Of a DNA stretch of 15,626 nt, positions 1 to 11,485 are shown piece by piece. Below the pieces are notes generated by a model. That model ran no database searches. It was not told the DNA's origin and worked only from the letters and a program-made list of their open reading frames with translations. Source of the DNA: Tubiluchus corallicola (lineage: Eukaryota; Animalia; Priapulida); contig JAQGDQ010002080.1 in NCBI GenBank assembly GCA_030141605.1, forward strand, positions 1 to 15,626, in the 5' to 3' direction. The translations under genes were made by a program, and so were the position numbers. Position 1 is the stretch's first letter; the number at the start of each line of letters is the position of its first letter.

Positions 1-480
1 ACGGTTACTGATTCTGACTATGAAACATTCGTTTTTTGTCTTCTGTTATATTTATAACTGTTTAAGTTTTAAACTTTATTTTGAGCAGCAGTTTTTTGTT
101 GTATATCTTTGTGATTTTCCAGTACACAATGTATGAATCAATTGGCAAATTTGAACCATTTCTTCGTGTGATCACTGTCCATGCAACCTAGCACGGTATC
201 TCTGTTAGTTTCACAACCAACTTTAAGCAAGGTGGTTTTGAGTAGATGCGTACATATGAAGATTTTTACAGGTTGAAAATGCATTATTAGGAGCATTGGC
301 GTACTTTTTGCTTAGCTAATTATTATACGCGAGTTTGACTGTATACTAGGATTCACTTGAAGAGAACATACGAAGTTAATGATCTATTCCTAAGACTCTG
401 GAAAACTAGCAATTATGTGATTTCTATTTCTACATTGCTGTCTCCTCTTGTTTCGAGTTTAAATGTCGCACGTTATATAC

Positions 481-867
<387 letters not shown>

Positions 868-1574
868 TCTTTATCTAGTGCGTGTATATTATTTATAGAT
901 GAACGGTTGCAGTTGAATTTAGTCACTGCTAAATAATGTGCACTTGTATCTGCCAACCACACGGGTTGATCAAAGAGAAACTTTTGGCCACAAATTCTAG
1001 TTTAAAGAGAGTTAAATTAGCTTTGTTACAAACGGTACAGCAAGTTTATGCCTATAGGGAGAACCCCGCAAGTTTGCCCTTGAATTTCAGCATGCCAAGA
1101 GAGAACGTTGTTGCAGTAGCCACGATGAGAGATTGATTGCCAGCGCGTACAGCTCGTGTAATCTACAACGCCATCTTATCGTATTATAAATTTGTTGTTA
1201 TAACTTTGTTAAAATTAGAATCTTTATCTACGAAAATTATATTGAGGCAGTGAGTTTAAAAAGGTTTTGTTATTTTAGCTCATGACTCACGAGTTTGATA
1301 GGCTGGGCGCCTTTCGAGAAATCGTAAATTGAGGCATTTTTAGCCGTGTTTATGATTTCGTTACGGCAGCGGTAGCTGTAAAATCATTTTGGCCAGTGAT
1401 AAACGACAAATTCATAATCGCGACACCTTCTTTCGCTTCTTTCGTTCCGTTTAATGCCCCGTTTATACATAGGGCGATTTCGCGCTCATGAAAATCGCGC
1501 CGTCTTCTCGCTGGTCGTTCACATACAAAGCGGTTTTTACATAACTTCCACGCCACTTTCAGAAATAGCGTCGT

Positions 1575-1671
1575 TCGTTGTGGATGAAATGTTGGCACTG
1601 TATTTATATAGACCAAATCGTAAAATTGCTAGAAGACACAGGCGTACGCCAGTGTATGAAGTGTTGCAGTA
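1575..1671. repeat. Dispersed ~95-bp module, copy 1, upstream of a (GA)n tract
   Basis: Near-identical to 7463..7554 (one short indel, 2 substitutions). Contains the hairpin ACAC-A-GGCGTACGCC-A-GTGT just after CTAG. Confidence 0.92.
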
Positions 1672-1705
1672 AAGAGAATTGTACGATGAAAAGTGTGAGA
1701 GTGGG

Positions 1706-2120
<415 letters not shown>

Positions 2121-2918
2121 GGATCCACAAACAGAGGGAAGACAGACAGATCTTACCACAAATAAACAGGAACATTGTTTTGTTAAAGTTGTTTTTGCAC
2201 TATGATATCATATAATATTGGACTCTCTTCCACTTCCAATATGATTGTTTTGGTTTTACCAGCCATTGTGCAATGAGCACTTCATACCTTCATAAGCACG
2301 TGTGTAGAGATTTCTTTTTTCAAATAAAAAGCACCGCCTTTGCTGATTACGTATTAACAAATCCCACTTCCGCTTAGACAGCAATCAGCTCGAGAAACCG
2401 CGCGGTTTTCCGCCGCCTTATGTGTAAACGGGCCATAACATTTCTTGCTTACACAAAATTCCATGCATTTTTAAAATACAAGACGTGCCACAAATAAAAT
2501 TAAATTTAATGAGTTAATTTTGGTTGTCAAATTTGTGCTAGTTACATAGTGTTAATAATGATAAATGTGAATTGATGAAAACGATTTCTAAATGATTAAT
2601 ACTCATTGTATGGGTTCCAAGAAATATTTCATTCATCGCTAATGCGTATATCATTCGTGTATTTAGTCTTGAATTAAGTAACGTAAATTCCTTCTTAAGT
2701 TTTTCTAAGTTCCAGAAATGTTTGAAAAGATAACAACTTGTGTAAATAGTTGATTAAAAATAAATTCAATATTAGTCGTTAAAGGAAAGAACAAGTAACG
2801 CAGTATGTTGGGTTTATTTTACTGTTATCACTTAAATTTAGAGAAATGTAAGAAAGAAATTTGCAAAGAACTGCCTACAAAGCACAAATTTAAGATATAC
2901 TACAGGTTTCTGAGTAGA

Positions 2919-3147
2919 TTTTTGTGTAAATTTGTGTAAATTGGTACTATTTGATTTTAGTTCTTCTTTTATTGCTATATTGATTTATTGGTATTTAAAA
3001 GTCTTGCGAATGTAACAGCTATTTTATTTACAAAGTTTTTTTTAACCATACCCTGCAAATAGAGGGTCCCTGTATGTATTTTATGTAAATATTTGTATAT
3101 GCGTACAATTTTAAATTTTAAATAAAGAATTATAATAATAATAATAA
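2919..3147 (+). mobile_element. Short 5'-truncated non-LTR retroposon (LINE 3' UTR or SINE tail) with (TAA)n tail
   Basis: Ends AATAAAGAATTATAATAATAATAATAA. Flanked by the 10-bp direct repeat TCTGAGTAGA (2909-2918, 3148-3157), read as a TSD. The stem-loop CCCT-GCAAATAG-AGGG at 3051-3066 is shared with the LINE end at 6512-6526 (minus strand). Confidence 0.75.
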
Positions 3148-3190
3148 TCTGAGTAGAAATTTTCAGGCATGTTACTTGCCGCCATTCACT

Positions 3191-4212
3191 TGAAAATCAT
3201 GACGTAACTGGGAGACTTCCTGAAAATCATGACGTAACTAGGAGACTTCGTGAAAATCATGACGTAACTAGGAGACTTCGTGAAAATCATGAAGTAACTG
3301 GGAGACTTCGTGAAAATCATGAAGTAACTGGGAGACTTCGTGAAAATCATGACGTAACTGGGAGACTTCGTGAAAATCATGACGTAACTGGGAGACTTCG
3401 TGAAAATCATGACGTAACTGGGAGACTTCGTGAAAATCATGACGTAACTGGGAGACTTCGTGAAAATCATGACGTAACTGGGAGACTTCGTGAAAATCAT
3501 GAAGTAACTGGGAGACTTCGTGAAAATCATGAAGTAACTGGGAGACTTCGTGAAAATCATGAAGTAACTGGGAGACTTCGTGAAAATCATGACGTAACTG
3601 GGAGACTTCGTGAAAATCATGACGTAACTGTGAGACTTCGTGAAAATCATGAAGTAACTGGGAGACTTCGAGAAAATCATGAAGTAACTGGGAGACTTCG
3701 TGGAAATCATTAAGTAACTGGGAGACTTCGTGAAAATCATGAAGTAACTGGGAGACTTCGTGAAAATCATGACGTAACTGGGAGACTTCGTGAAAATCAT
3801 GACGTAACTGGGAGACTTCCTGAAAATCATGACGTAACTAGGAGACTTCGTGAAAATCATGACGTAACTAGGAGACTTCGTGAAAATCATGAAGTAACTG
3901 GGAGACTTCGTGAAAATCATGACGTAACTGGGAGACTTCGTGAAAATCATGAAGTAACTGGGAGACTTCGTGAAAATCATGACGTAACTGTGAGACTTCG
4001 TGAAAATCATGAAGTAACTGGGAGACTTCGTGAAAATCATGAAGTAACTGGGAGACTTCGTGAAAATCATGACGTAACTGGGAGACTTCGTGAAAATCAT
4101 GACGTAACTGGGAGACTTCGTGAAAATCATGACGTAACTGGGAGACTTCGTGAAAATCATGACGTAACTGGGAGACTTCGTGAAAATCATGACGTAACTG
4201 GGAGACTTCGTG
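3191..4212. repeat. Minisatellite, 30-bp unit TGAAAATCATGA(C/A)GTAACTGGGAGACTTCG x34
   Basis: 34 head-to-tail units with no indels and no spacers; 21 carry C and 13 carry A at the variable position. Confidence 0.98.
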
Positions 4213-4941
4213 GCTTTTCGCAAGCGCACGCTACTTAAACTCAAATTCAAATTTCTGCGACTTACAAAAAATGTTCGCAGAAAAATATTACAAAATTAAC
4301 TATTTAATTTTTCTTGTAAGAACTTATTATACCTTTGATGAAGATTGACAGTGCGCTACTTTTCTTCAAGACGTATGACGTCATTGGAAGAAGAGTGGGC
4401 ATTAAAATGGAAGCGTAAGCATGAAGTGGTCACGATTTTAAAGTGATACTCATTACACAAAGCACTTATTGCAGTTTTATTACTAAACTAGCAAAGGCCC
4501 CGCAAAAAATTTTGTGTCTAAATACACGTATAATCAAAAATACGCGAACATCCTACCTAGTCCTCATTTATAACGCAAAGCCAGTAGCAGCTTTTACTGA
4601 ATTAAAGCTATAAGGTTATAGACAGAGTATAATGGATGACGTCACAACAATGGCGTTGCGTCAGCAGTTTTCTAAGCGAAAATTGCCAAAAATAGAACAT
4701 CTAATTAACAAATCCTAACATTTTTCGAGAACAATGAAATAAGCCTAACGTCCCAGAAGGCTTCGCGAACGAACAAAGTTTATTTAGTATGATTTATTGA
4801 CACGTTTCTAAGCGCATCTACAGTTAGCATAAATTTACTAAGATTTTATTCGATTACGTTTCTTCCGCTTAATTAAGTTTATGACGGACGTGTCCAGAGA
4901 CGTAAATGTTGTAATTTCATCGACCCCTGTTTTCATTTTAA

Positions 4942-5402
4942 CCCTTTCATACCCGTTGTATCCCGTGGGATACGAGAATATTTTCTGCCTTTGAAATTAA
5001 TAAAACTTTAAAACTGACAGTTATTTGATCTGTTAATAGTTATTTTGATTTAAGCCAATAACAATAGACTAAAAATGGTGATAAAATGGCAAACTAGAAA
5101 ATCTACGTAGCATAAAAACCTGTGCAAGGTACAGTACTTTAGAGACGACTTTGTACAGATCAGCATAGCGTGCATACTAAATGTCTTAAATACTTTAAAA
5201 AATTATCAGCACTTGCAAAATGAAGCACATTTTATGCTTCCATTGAATCCCAATGTATCCCGTGGGATACAGGCTATATTTGGCACACGGACACAGGTAG
5301 AAAAAAATAATTATTATGTGTAAACACGGATGGACACACTGAACAAAAGTACCAAGCCAAATAATTTTTTCTTATTAAAAAAATAATTTGGAACTGAAAG
5401 GG
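4942..5402 (+). mobile_element. piggyBac-like MITE, family A copy 1 (461 bp, complete)
   Basis: TTAA on both sides (4938-4941, 5403-5406). Termini CCCTTTCA...TGAAAGGG. Two internal GTATCCC-GT-GGGATAC palindromes (4958-4973, 5255-5270). Three more copies in the window. Confidence 0.92.
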
Positions 5403-5838
5403 TTAAGATATTGCTGAGGTTGCTACGATATGAGGTCAAGTTCTAGAACGACAGGAAGAGAAGTAACATTGAACTTTATTTCATTTGCTGGCCATTATTT
5501 TATAGATTGCCTCATAGTTTTCACATCTAACCACTTGCCATGAATTCCACAATATTAAATTGCTAAAGTTGCCCTCAAGGACATTTCATATCGTCTATTA
5601 AATTATTATCTATCGTGTTAAGGAGCGTCTGAATTGGTTTATTACTGCGCGCGGTAAACTAGTTTTTGAAACATCCGAAAGAGGCAACCGCAACTTGTCG
5701 TGTCTTTTTAATTTTGAATTTAACTAAACAGAATTTCGTTAATTTGAAATTCTGAAACACGAGGATACCTTTTTACTTTACTTGAACCCATTCAACGTAA
5801 GATCTTGTGTTTGTTTCTTTGTGGTCTTCTTCTCTTAA

Positions 5839-6260
5839 CCCTTTCAGTTCCAAATTATTTTTTAATAAGAAAAAATTTTTCATCTGGTACTTTTGTTCAG
5901 TATGTTCATCTTGTTTACACATAATAATTATTTTTTTCTACCTGTGCCCGCGTGCTAAATATCCCACGCATAAAATGTGCTTCATTTTGCAACTACTGAT
6001 AATTTTTAAAGTATTTAAGACATTTAGTATGCACGCTATGCTGATCTGTACAAAGTCGTCTCTAAAGTACTGTACCTTGCGCAGTTTTTATGCTATGTAG
6101 ATTTTCTAGTTTGCCATTTTATCACCATTTTCATTCTATTGTTATTTGCTTAAATCAAAATAACTATTAACAGATCAAATAACTGTCAGTTTTAAAATTT
6201 TATTAATTTTAAATCAGAAAATATTATCGTATCCCACGGGATACAGCGGGTATGAAGGGG
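5839..6260 (-). mobile_element. piggyBac-like MITE, family A copy 2 (422 bp, inverted, internal deletion)
   Basis: TTAA flanks at 5835-5838 and 6261-6264. Reverse complement of copy 1, with the internal palindrome partly deleted near 5957-5970. Confidence 0.92.
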
Positions 6261-6462
6261 TTAACTATGCAAATTCACGCTATTGATCAGTCATTACATT
6301 GCAGATCAAAGTGATTGACTTAAGATGGTTTCTGTATTGAAAAATGTCTCTTTATGGCTGACAGATTCTTGTTCCCAAGGAAGATCGTGCTAGTAAAATC
6401 AGTCTAGGCACAGATAAATGCACAGTTAAGCAAACACCGCGTGCAACAACTGAAGTTACTGA

Positions 6463-7300
6463 ATTATTATTATTATAAGTCTTTTATTTTAAACAATGAA
6501 TACATTGTTTCCCCTCTATTTGCAGGAGTTCGTTATATACAAAATATAAATTTACAATAACAAGATTATACATAATGCCAATTTAGAATAAATTTAAAAT
6601 ACATACATAGTTTAGCCTATAATATATACAATATAACGATTACCTCATTACCTGTTTTTCTGTGAATATAATTTGAATTACTTTATAACAGTTTTTTCCG
6701 CACAACATCTCTAACAATATTTACATATGTCTGGCACACATCTTTATCTCTGTTTAGATAAATCTCACTTATGTTGGCTGAGGGCAGAACTTGTCTTATA
6801 TTCATTCGAAATTGATGGTCTACGAAATCACGGTCAAATATGATGTGTTCTGGTGTTTGAGGATTTGCATTATTACAATGACTGATGCGGTAAACGGCTT
6901 TACTTTACCCACACGTCATTTGACGGTTGTAGACGCTTTGCCTGGGGTTCATTTAACCTTTGACCTACAGCAAGTGCACGTGCGCGTAACGAAACTGTGA
7001 AAAGGCTTATTGTTATAACGTCATCCTAGCAGTTTTCTTACGAATTTTTCAGCATATTTCTCCAGCAGGCATCATATATTCCCATATCTCAAATATTCCT
7101 TTTTATAAGCATATTACAGCTTTCTTTTTTGCGGATTCGCTATACAGTATTTATATGTCGTTCAGTCAGCATGTCTTATTTTATGTGAGTTCTAAAGCAC
7201 TACAGACCTTTGACTCTTTGATGCAATCATTATTACCACAGACATGTGCATATTCAGTTTAGTTTGTATGCTATTGTTTCTTCAACAACAGAAATTGTAA
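6463..7300 (-). mobile_element. Decayed LINE 3' portion (I-group-like): RNase H remnant, CCHC knuckle, 3' UTR, (TAA)n tail
   Basis: Manual minus-strand translation. 7256-7226 reads *(W)I/AHVCGNND after a 1-nt frameshift, resembling the RNase H motif WVPaHvgi.GNE.AD. The open frame 6904-6683 reads SKAVYRISHCNNANPQTPEHIIFDRDF...RKKLL*, a degenerate CxC-x8-H-x4-C knuckle in which S (agt) and R (cgt) are each one substitution from C (tgt). Then an AT-rich UTR, a stem-loop with GCAAATAG loop, AATAAA and TATAATAATAATAAT. The 5' boundary is approximate and no TSD was found. Confidence 0.65.
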
Positions 7301-7462
7301 AAATAGTATACCAGATTATAAAAATAGCGACCCACGTTCTAGTGATTCCTTTTAATGATAGATGGTAGTAACGAATTGTTTCTGGTCTGTAGGTCAAATG
7401 TGTTCTTCTGGACGTCATACTAAAGGTACTGTGAGAACGCGGGCTGCTTTTTCGAACTACCA

Positions 7463-7554
7463 TCGTTGTGGATGTTGGCACTGTATTTATATAGACCAAA
7501 TCGTAAAATTGCTAGAAGACACAGGCGTACACCAGTGTATGAAGTATTGCAGTA
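7463..7554. repeat. Dispersed ~95-bp module, copy 2, upstream of a (GA)n tract
   Basis: Matches 1575..1671 in the same orientation and is again followed by (GA)n. Confidence 0.92.
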
Positions 7555-7798
<244 letters not shown>

Positions 7799-7809
7799 GG
7801 GAATCAGAA

Positions 7810-8371
7810 GTGACTCCAGGAACATGGAACTGACCAACGTGTATCGTGGGAGCACTTCAAATATGGGAACCACAAATCTAACCACGTCATTGCGTCCAAT
7901 GTATTCGGTGAATCCAAAGTTGTTTAAACTGGCTAGAGTAGGGACAGGCTTTTTATTCTTTGTTCAATCTATGCTAATGTGCGCTAGGCTTACGAGGTTC
8001 TTTCTTGCCTTTATTTGAGCAAGAGAATTTTTGTTTGACAGATTGCAGGGCGGACTCGTTTTAATCTCTGAAGTAGGTTTGAATTAGTGGAGCGCAACTA
8101 AACAGGGATATTTAAAAAGTTGGCATATTCTCATAGAGCAATAACAGTAACCATTTGTGAAAATATAGGTGATTAATAACGACAGTCCTTCAAAATCTTC
8201 ATTGTCTGTAATGCAGTTTGATCGGTTTTTTGGGCGTGTCAAGTAGGCAATGCCGCCTCTACCGCTCGCCAGCTTAGCTTTAAGAGATGGAATCGAATGG
8301 AGTAATCCTCTCCTAAAAGGGACTATGTGTGTACACATTGTACAGTCTAGTGCTGTGGGTTTACCTACCAA
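7810..8371 (-). pseudogene. Decayed APE (EEP-family) endonuclease domain from a LINE or Helentron
   Basis: One minus frame read through two stops gives motifs in APE order: GRGGIAYL (GGVAiY), FEGLSLLI, CLVALH*FKP (ivavYRsP), NLVSLAHISID* (iilGDFNID), LNNFGFTEYI (l..fgf.QyI). After a frameshift: MTWLDLWF (T.LDlvf) and CSWSH (SDH). Catalytic residues are degraded; recognised by eye only. Confidence 0.5.
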
Positions 8372-8630
8372 TGGTTAATAAACTCGTAAACCTACTAGAA
8401 GGTAGTACGGTACAGGTGTTTTTAGGTTACCCACTCAAAGCTTGTTTGAGTCGTTGAGTGTTTCACTTGACCAATGTTTCCTTCATGAAATTGGACATTT
8501 GTGAGCGTTGATGTTTGTTCGTGCATTGTTCTTACCATTGAGTTTGATATTTTTTCATATAGTTATTGAACTAGTTATTAGTTTACTCTTATGAACTAAT
8601 GAATTAGTTATCAGTACATTATGAGTATAC

Positions 8631-9121
8631 ACTTGACTAGCGCCAACTTTGGTTGTTGGGGTTCAACTTGCTTAGAGTTGCAAAGTAGCTTCGGAATCCC
8701 CATTATCAGAAAGATGCATTACATTGTTTATCGAAGGTGTGTAAAGGCGTGCTAAAAGACTAATATTTGCTTGTAAAAACCTCACATATATAGAAAAATT
8801 AATCTAATGCTTGTATTAAGAAGTCACCACGAGATCTTTTCGAGGGAAGTTTATAAATACTGACCATAGAAAAGATTTTGCCTGAAAATTTCTTTAACTT
8901 AGTTGTTGATTCTAAAATCAGAGTACATAGTTTAAAACTTTTTAAAGCACAAGAAAACCCTCTACTTACATAAAGCTAAAAAAATCCTCTTGAAATTTTA
9001 TACCATTTCATTTACGTACTGTCTTTTTGCATACAGGGCTTGCGTCGTTAGTAATTAGAGTCCATACTTGACTAGCACCAACTTTGGTTGTTGGGGTTCA
9101 ATTTGCCTAGAGTTGCAAAGT
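8631..9121. repeat. Pair of 56-bp direct repeats (8631-8686 and 9066-9121)
   Basis: ACTTGACTAGC(G/A)CCAACTTTGGTTGTTGGGGTTCAA(C/T)TTGC(T/C)TAGAGTTGCAAAGT, 53/56 identical, with a period of 435 bp. Confidence 0.9.
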
Positions 9122-9701
9122 GTCACTTGCATGAGAGGCATGTTCTACATTGGGCAAAATATTCAGGACCCGTCCTGGAGTTTGTGTTTGGAGCCTAGCG
9201 TAAACGCTTTTGTAACAAGCAGAACCAGGTCCTGGCGGTAGCTATGTTGTGACTGTGGCTTAAAAAGATCTAACATCTTCTGCTTTCCCTAGCAAATAGA
9301 AAATAACAGTTTCACTTAGTTAAAAAATTCCGGTCTCCTATGGTCAAAGAAGAGAAGAAATCACTACTTACTAACTTTTAAGTCTGCGCAGTCCCCACCA
9401 CAATGTCTATATTTTGCGCAAAAAGGTCACTTAATTGCCATGATGTTGGCCTAGTTAGTTTTCATAATACATGATCCTGTCAATAGCACACTAATTCTGC
9501 GTGTTCCGAATACACCTACTAGTATTTATGCATTGTCTGGACCTGTATTCGTATTTTTATCATTCTAATGTAAGTCCTTATTCTTTGAACACTTTGACAT
9601 AAAAATATGCTGTTTTTAAAAAGATTCATGGGAAACATAGGCCTAAAACTTTGGTAATTGGTCATGCATAGTCTAGGCTATTCCAAGGGTAATGGAATAG
9701 G

Positions 9702-9704
<3 letters not shown>

Positions 9705-9755
<51 letters not shown>

Positions 9756-9954
9756 TCACTCCTCCTCCTCCTCCTCCTCCTACTCACTCACTCACTCACT
9801 CACTCACTCACTCACTCACTCACTCACTCACTCACTCATTCACCTCTCTCTCTCTCTCTCCCTCTCTCATTCTCTCACTCACTCACTCACTCACTTCTCT
9901 CTCTCTCTCTCACTCTCTCACTCACTCACCTCTCTCTCTCTCGCTCTCTCTTTC

Positions 9955-10009
<55 letters not shown>
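9705..10009. repeat. Compound microsatellite (TC)n-(TCC)n-(TCAC)n-(TC)n
   Basis: Read directly from the sequence. It explains ORF 9658..10128. Confidence 0.97.
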
Positions 10010-10013
<4 letters not shown>

Positions 10014-10407
10014 GAAAAGGGGAAACTTTCCTCAAAAATTGTTTTCATTCCATTGCTCACTTTCCTTGGCCTCATTCATTGATGAAAGTGAAAAGGGGCG
10101 TGCACTTGACTTCAACGTCGGCATTTGACTCGCAGTGTTTCTGATAACCGTGATTATTTCGATTAGTCACGCCTGGTGTCGCAGTTGTGTTATTCATAGG
10201 TTGTTTATCCAATTATTTCCGCCTAATTATGTTGTAGGTAAACCGTTTGTAGAATCATGAAAGCTGCTCCACGCAGTTGATTTATGAAATCATACAGCAA
10301 GTGTTATTGTTGGACAGGAAACCTTGTAGTTTTAAAATTAATTACACCAGTATAGCTTGACTGTATTTACATAGTATAGTAATAAATGTATACGTTGTTC
10401 TGTATTG

Positions 10408-10527
10408 GCCTACGGCCATATCACGTTGAAAACACCGGTTCTCGTCTGATCACCGAAGTTAAGCAGCGTAGAGATTGGTTCGTACTTGGATGGGTGACCG
10501 CTTAGGAATACCAGGTGCTGTAGGCTT
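10408..10527 (+). rRNA. 5S rRNA: 5S rRNA sequence, solitary full-length copy (probably a pseudogene or SINE3 head)
   Basis: 120 nt GCCTACGGCCATATCACGTTGAAAACACCGGTTCTCGTCTGATCACCGAAGTTAAGC...GTACTTGGATGGGTGACCGC...GTGCTGTAGGCTT. The terminal helix GCCTAC/GTAGGC, box A and box C are recognisable. Several apparent substitutions around 10466-10482, no T4+ terminator and no tandem neighbour. Confidence 0.93.
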
Positions 10528-10583
10528 GCGGGATGGCCCACATTGTATCTCGACACTAGGCGGAGGAGCTGCACAAGCAGCCA

Positions 10584-11034
10584 ACCCGTTGCATCCCGTG
10601 GGATACGAGAATATTTTCTGCGTTTAAAATTAATGAAATTTTAAAACTGACAGTTATTTGATCTGTTAATAGTTATTTTGGTTTAAGCCAATAACAATAG
10701 ACTAAAAATGGTGATAAAATGGCAAACTAGAAAATCTACATAGCATAAAAAACTGCGCAAGGTACAGTACGTTAGAGACGACTTTGTACAGATCAGCATA
10801 GCATGCATACTAAATGTCTTAAATAGTTTAAAAAATTATCAGCAGTTGCAAAATGAAGAACATTTTATGCTTCCATTGAATCCCAATGTATCCCGTGGGA
10901 TACAGGCTATATTTAGCACGCGGGCACAGGTAGAAAAAAACAATTATTATGTGTAAATAAGATGGACATACTGAACAAAAGTACCAAGGCAAAACAATTT
11001 TTCTTATTAAAAAAATAATTTGGGACTGAAAGGG
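10584..11034 (+). mobile_element. piggyBac-like MITE, family A copy 3 (left TIR missing)
   Basis: Colinear with copy 1 from ACCCGTTG onward. Right end TGAAAGGG followed by TTAA (11035-11038). The left TTAA and about 9 terminal bases are absent. Confidence 0.9.
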
Positions 11035-11116
11035 TTAAGGGTTAGTAAATAGTGATGTTTCTTCTCTTCTTTGTCGGCGGTTTATAACACAATAACCGCT
11101 TCCATCTGGCGTATTA

Positions 11117-11485
11117 TAGGTTTTACACGTCAAATGCAGACACAGGAAAGTTCAAATGTGACTTAGGTAAGTCAAATGTAGACATAGGAATTTCGAATAT
11201 GTTTTGGTAACTCAAATGTGACTTAGGTAAGTCAAATGTAGACATAGGAATTTCGAATATGTTTTGGTAACTCAAATGTGACTTAGGTAAGTCAAATGTA
11301 GGCATAGAACATTTGACTTGACATGTGTCTACATTTGACTTACCAAAAACGCGTAAGATTTCTTGAAAACCATTGTTAACGCATTTGAACTACCAAAGTC
11401 TACATTTGAGTTACCAAGACACATTTTGAATTACCTAAATCTACTTTTGAGTTAACGCAGGTCTACATTTGACATGTAAAACCTG
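11117..11485. mobile_element. TA-flanked foldback MITE (Tc1/mariner-like), family B copy 1 (369 bp)
   Basis: TIRs TAGGTTTTACACGTCAAATGCAGAC and GTCTACATTTGACATGTAAAACCTG. TA flanks at 11115-11116 and 11486-11487. Exact internal 60-bp duplication (11161-11220 = 11221-11280). The superfamily is inferred from the TA TSD only. Confidence 0.85.

Noticed and set aside
3186-4250. 354-aa ORF of TKSPSYVMIF repeats, superficially like the RNA pol II CTD (SPSY)
   Set aside because: A 30-bp unit keeps the frame open automatically. The start is TTG, the common variant is non-synonymous (V/F), and it is not the YSPTSPS heptad.
4438-4900. Kolobok-like left end TTAA-AGTGATACTC with internal TGACGTCA
   Set aside because: No matching right terminus was found in the window.
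5807-6100. ORFs inside MITEs (also 14165..14389 and 11123..11305)
   Set aside because: They have no transposase motifs and arise by chance in non-coding elements.
8480-8520. NINA and KETL on the minus strand as N-terminal APE motifs
   Set aside because: They are in different frames and about 12 codons apart, against roughly 29 expected.
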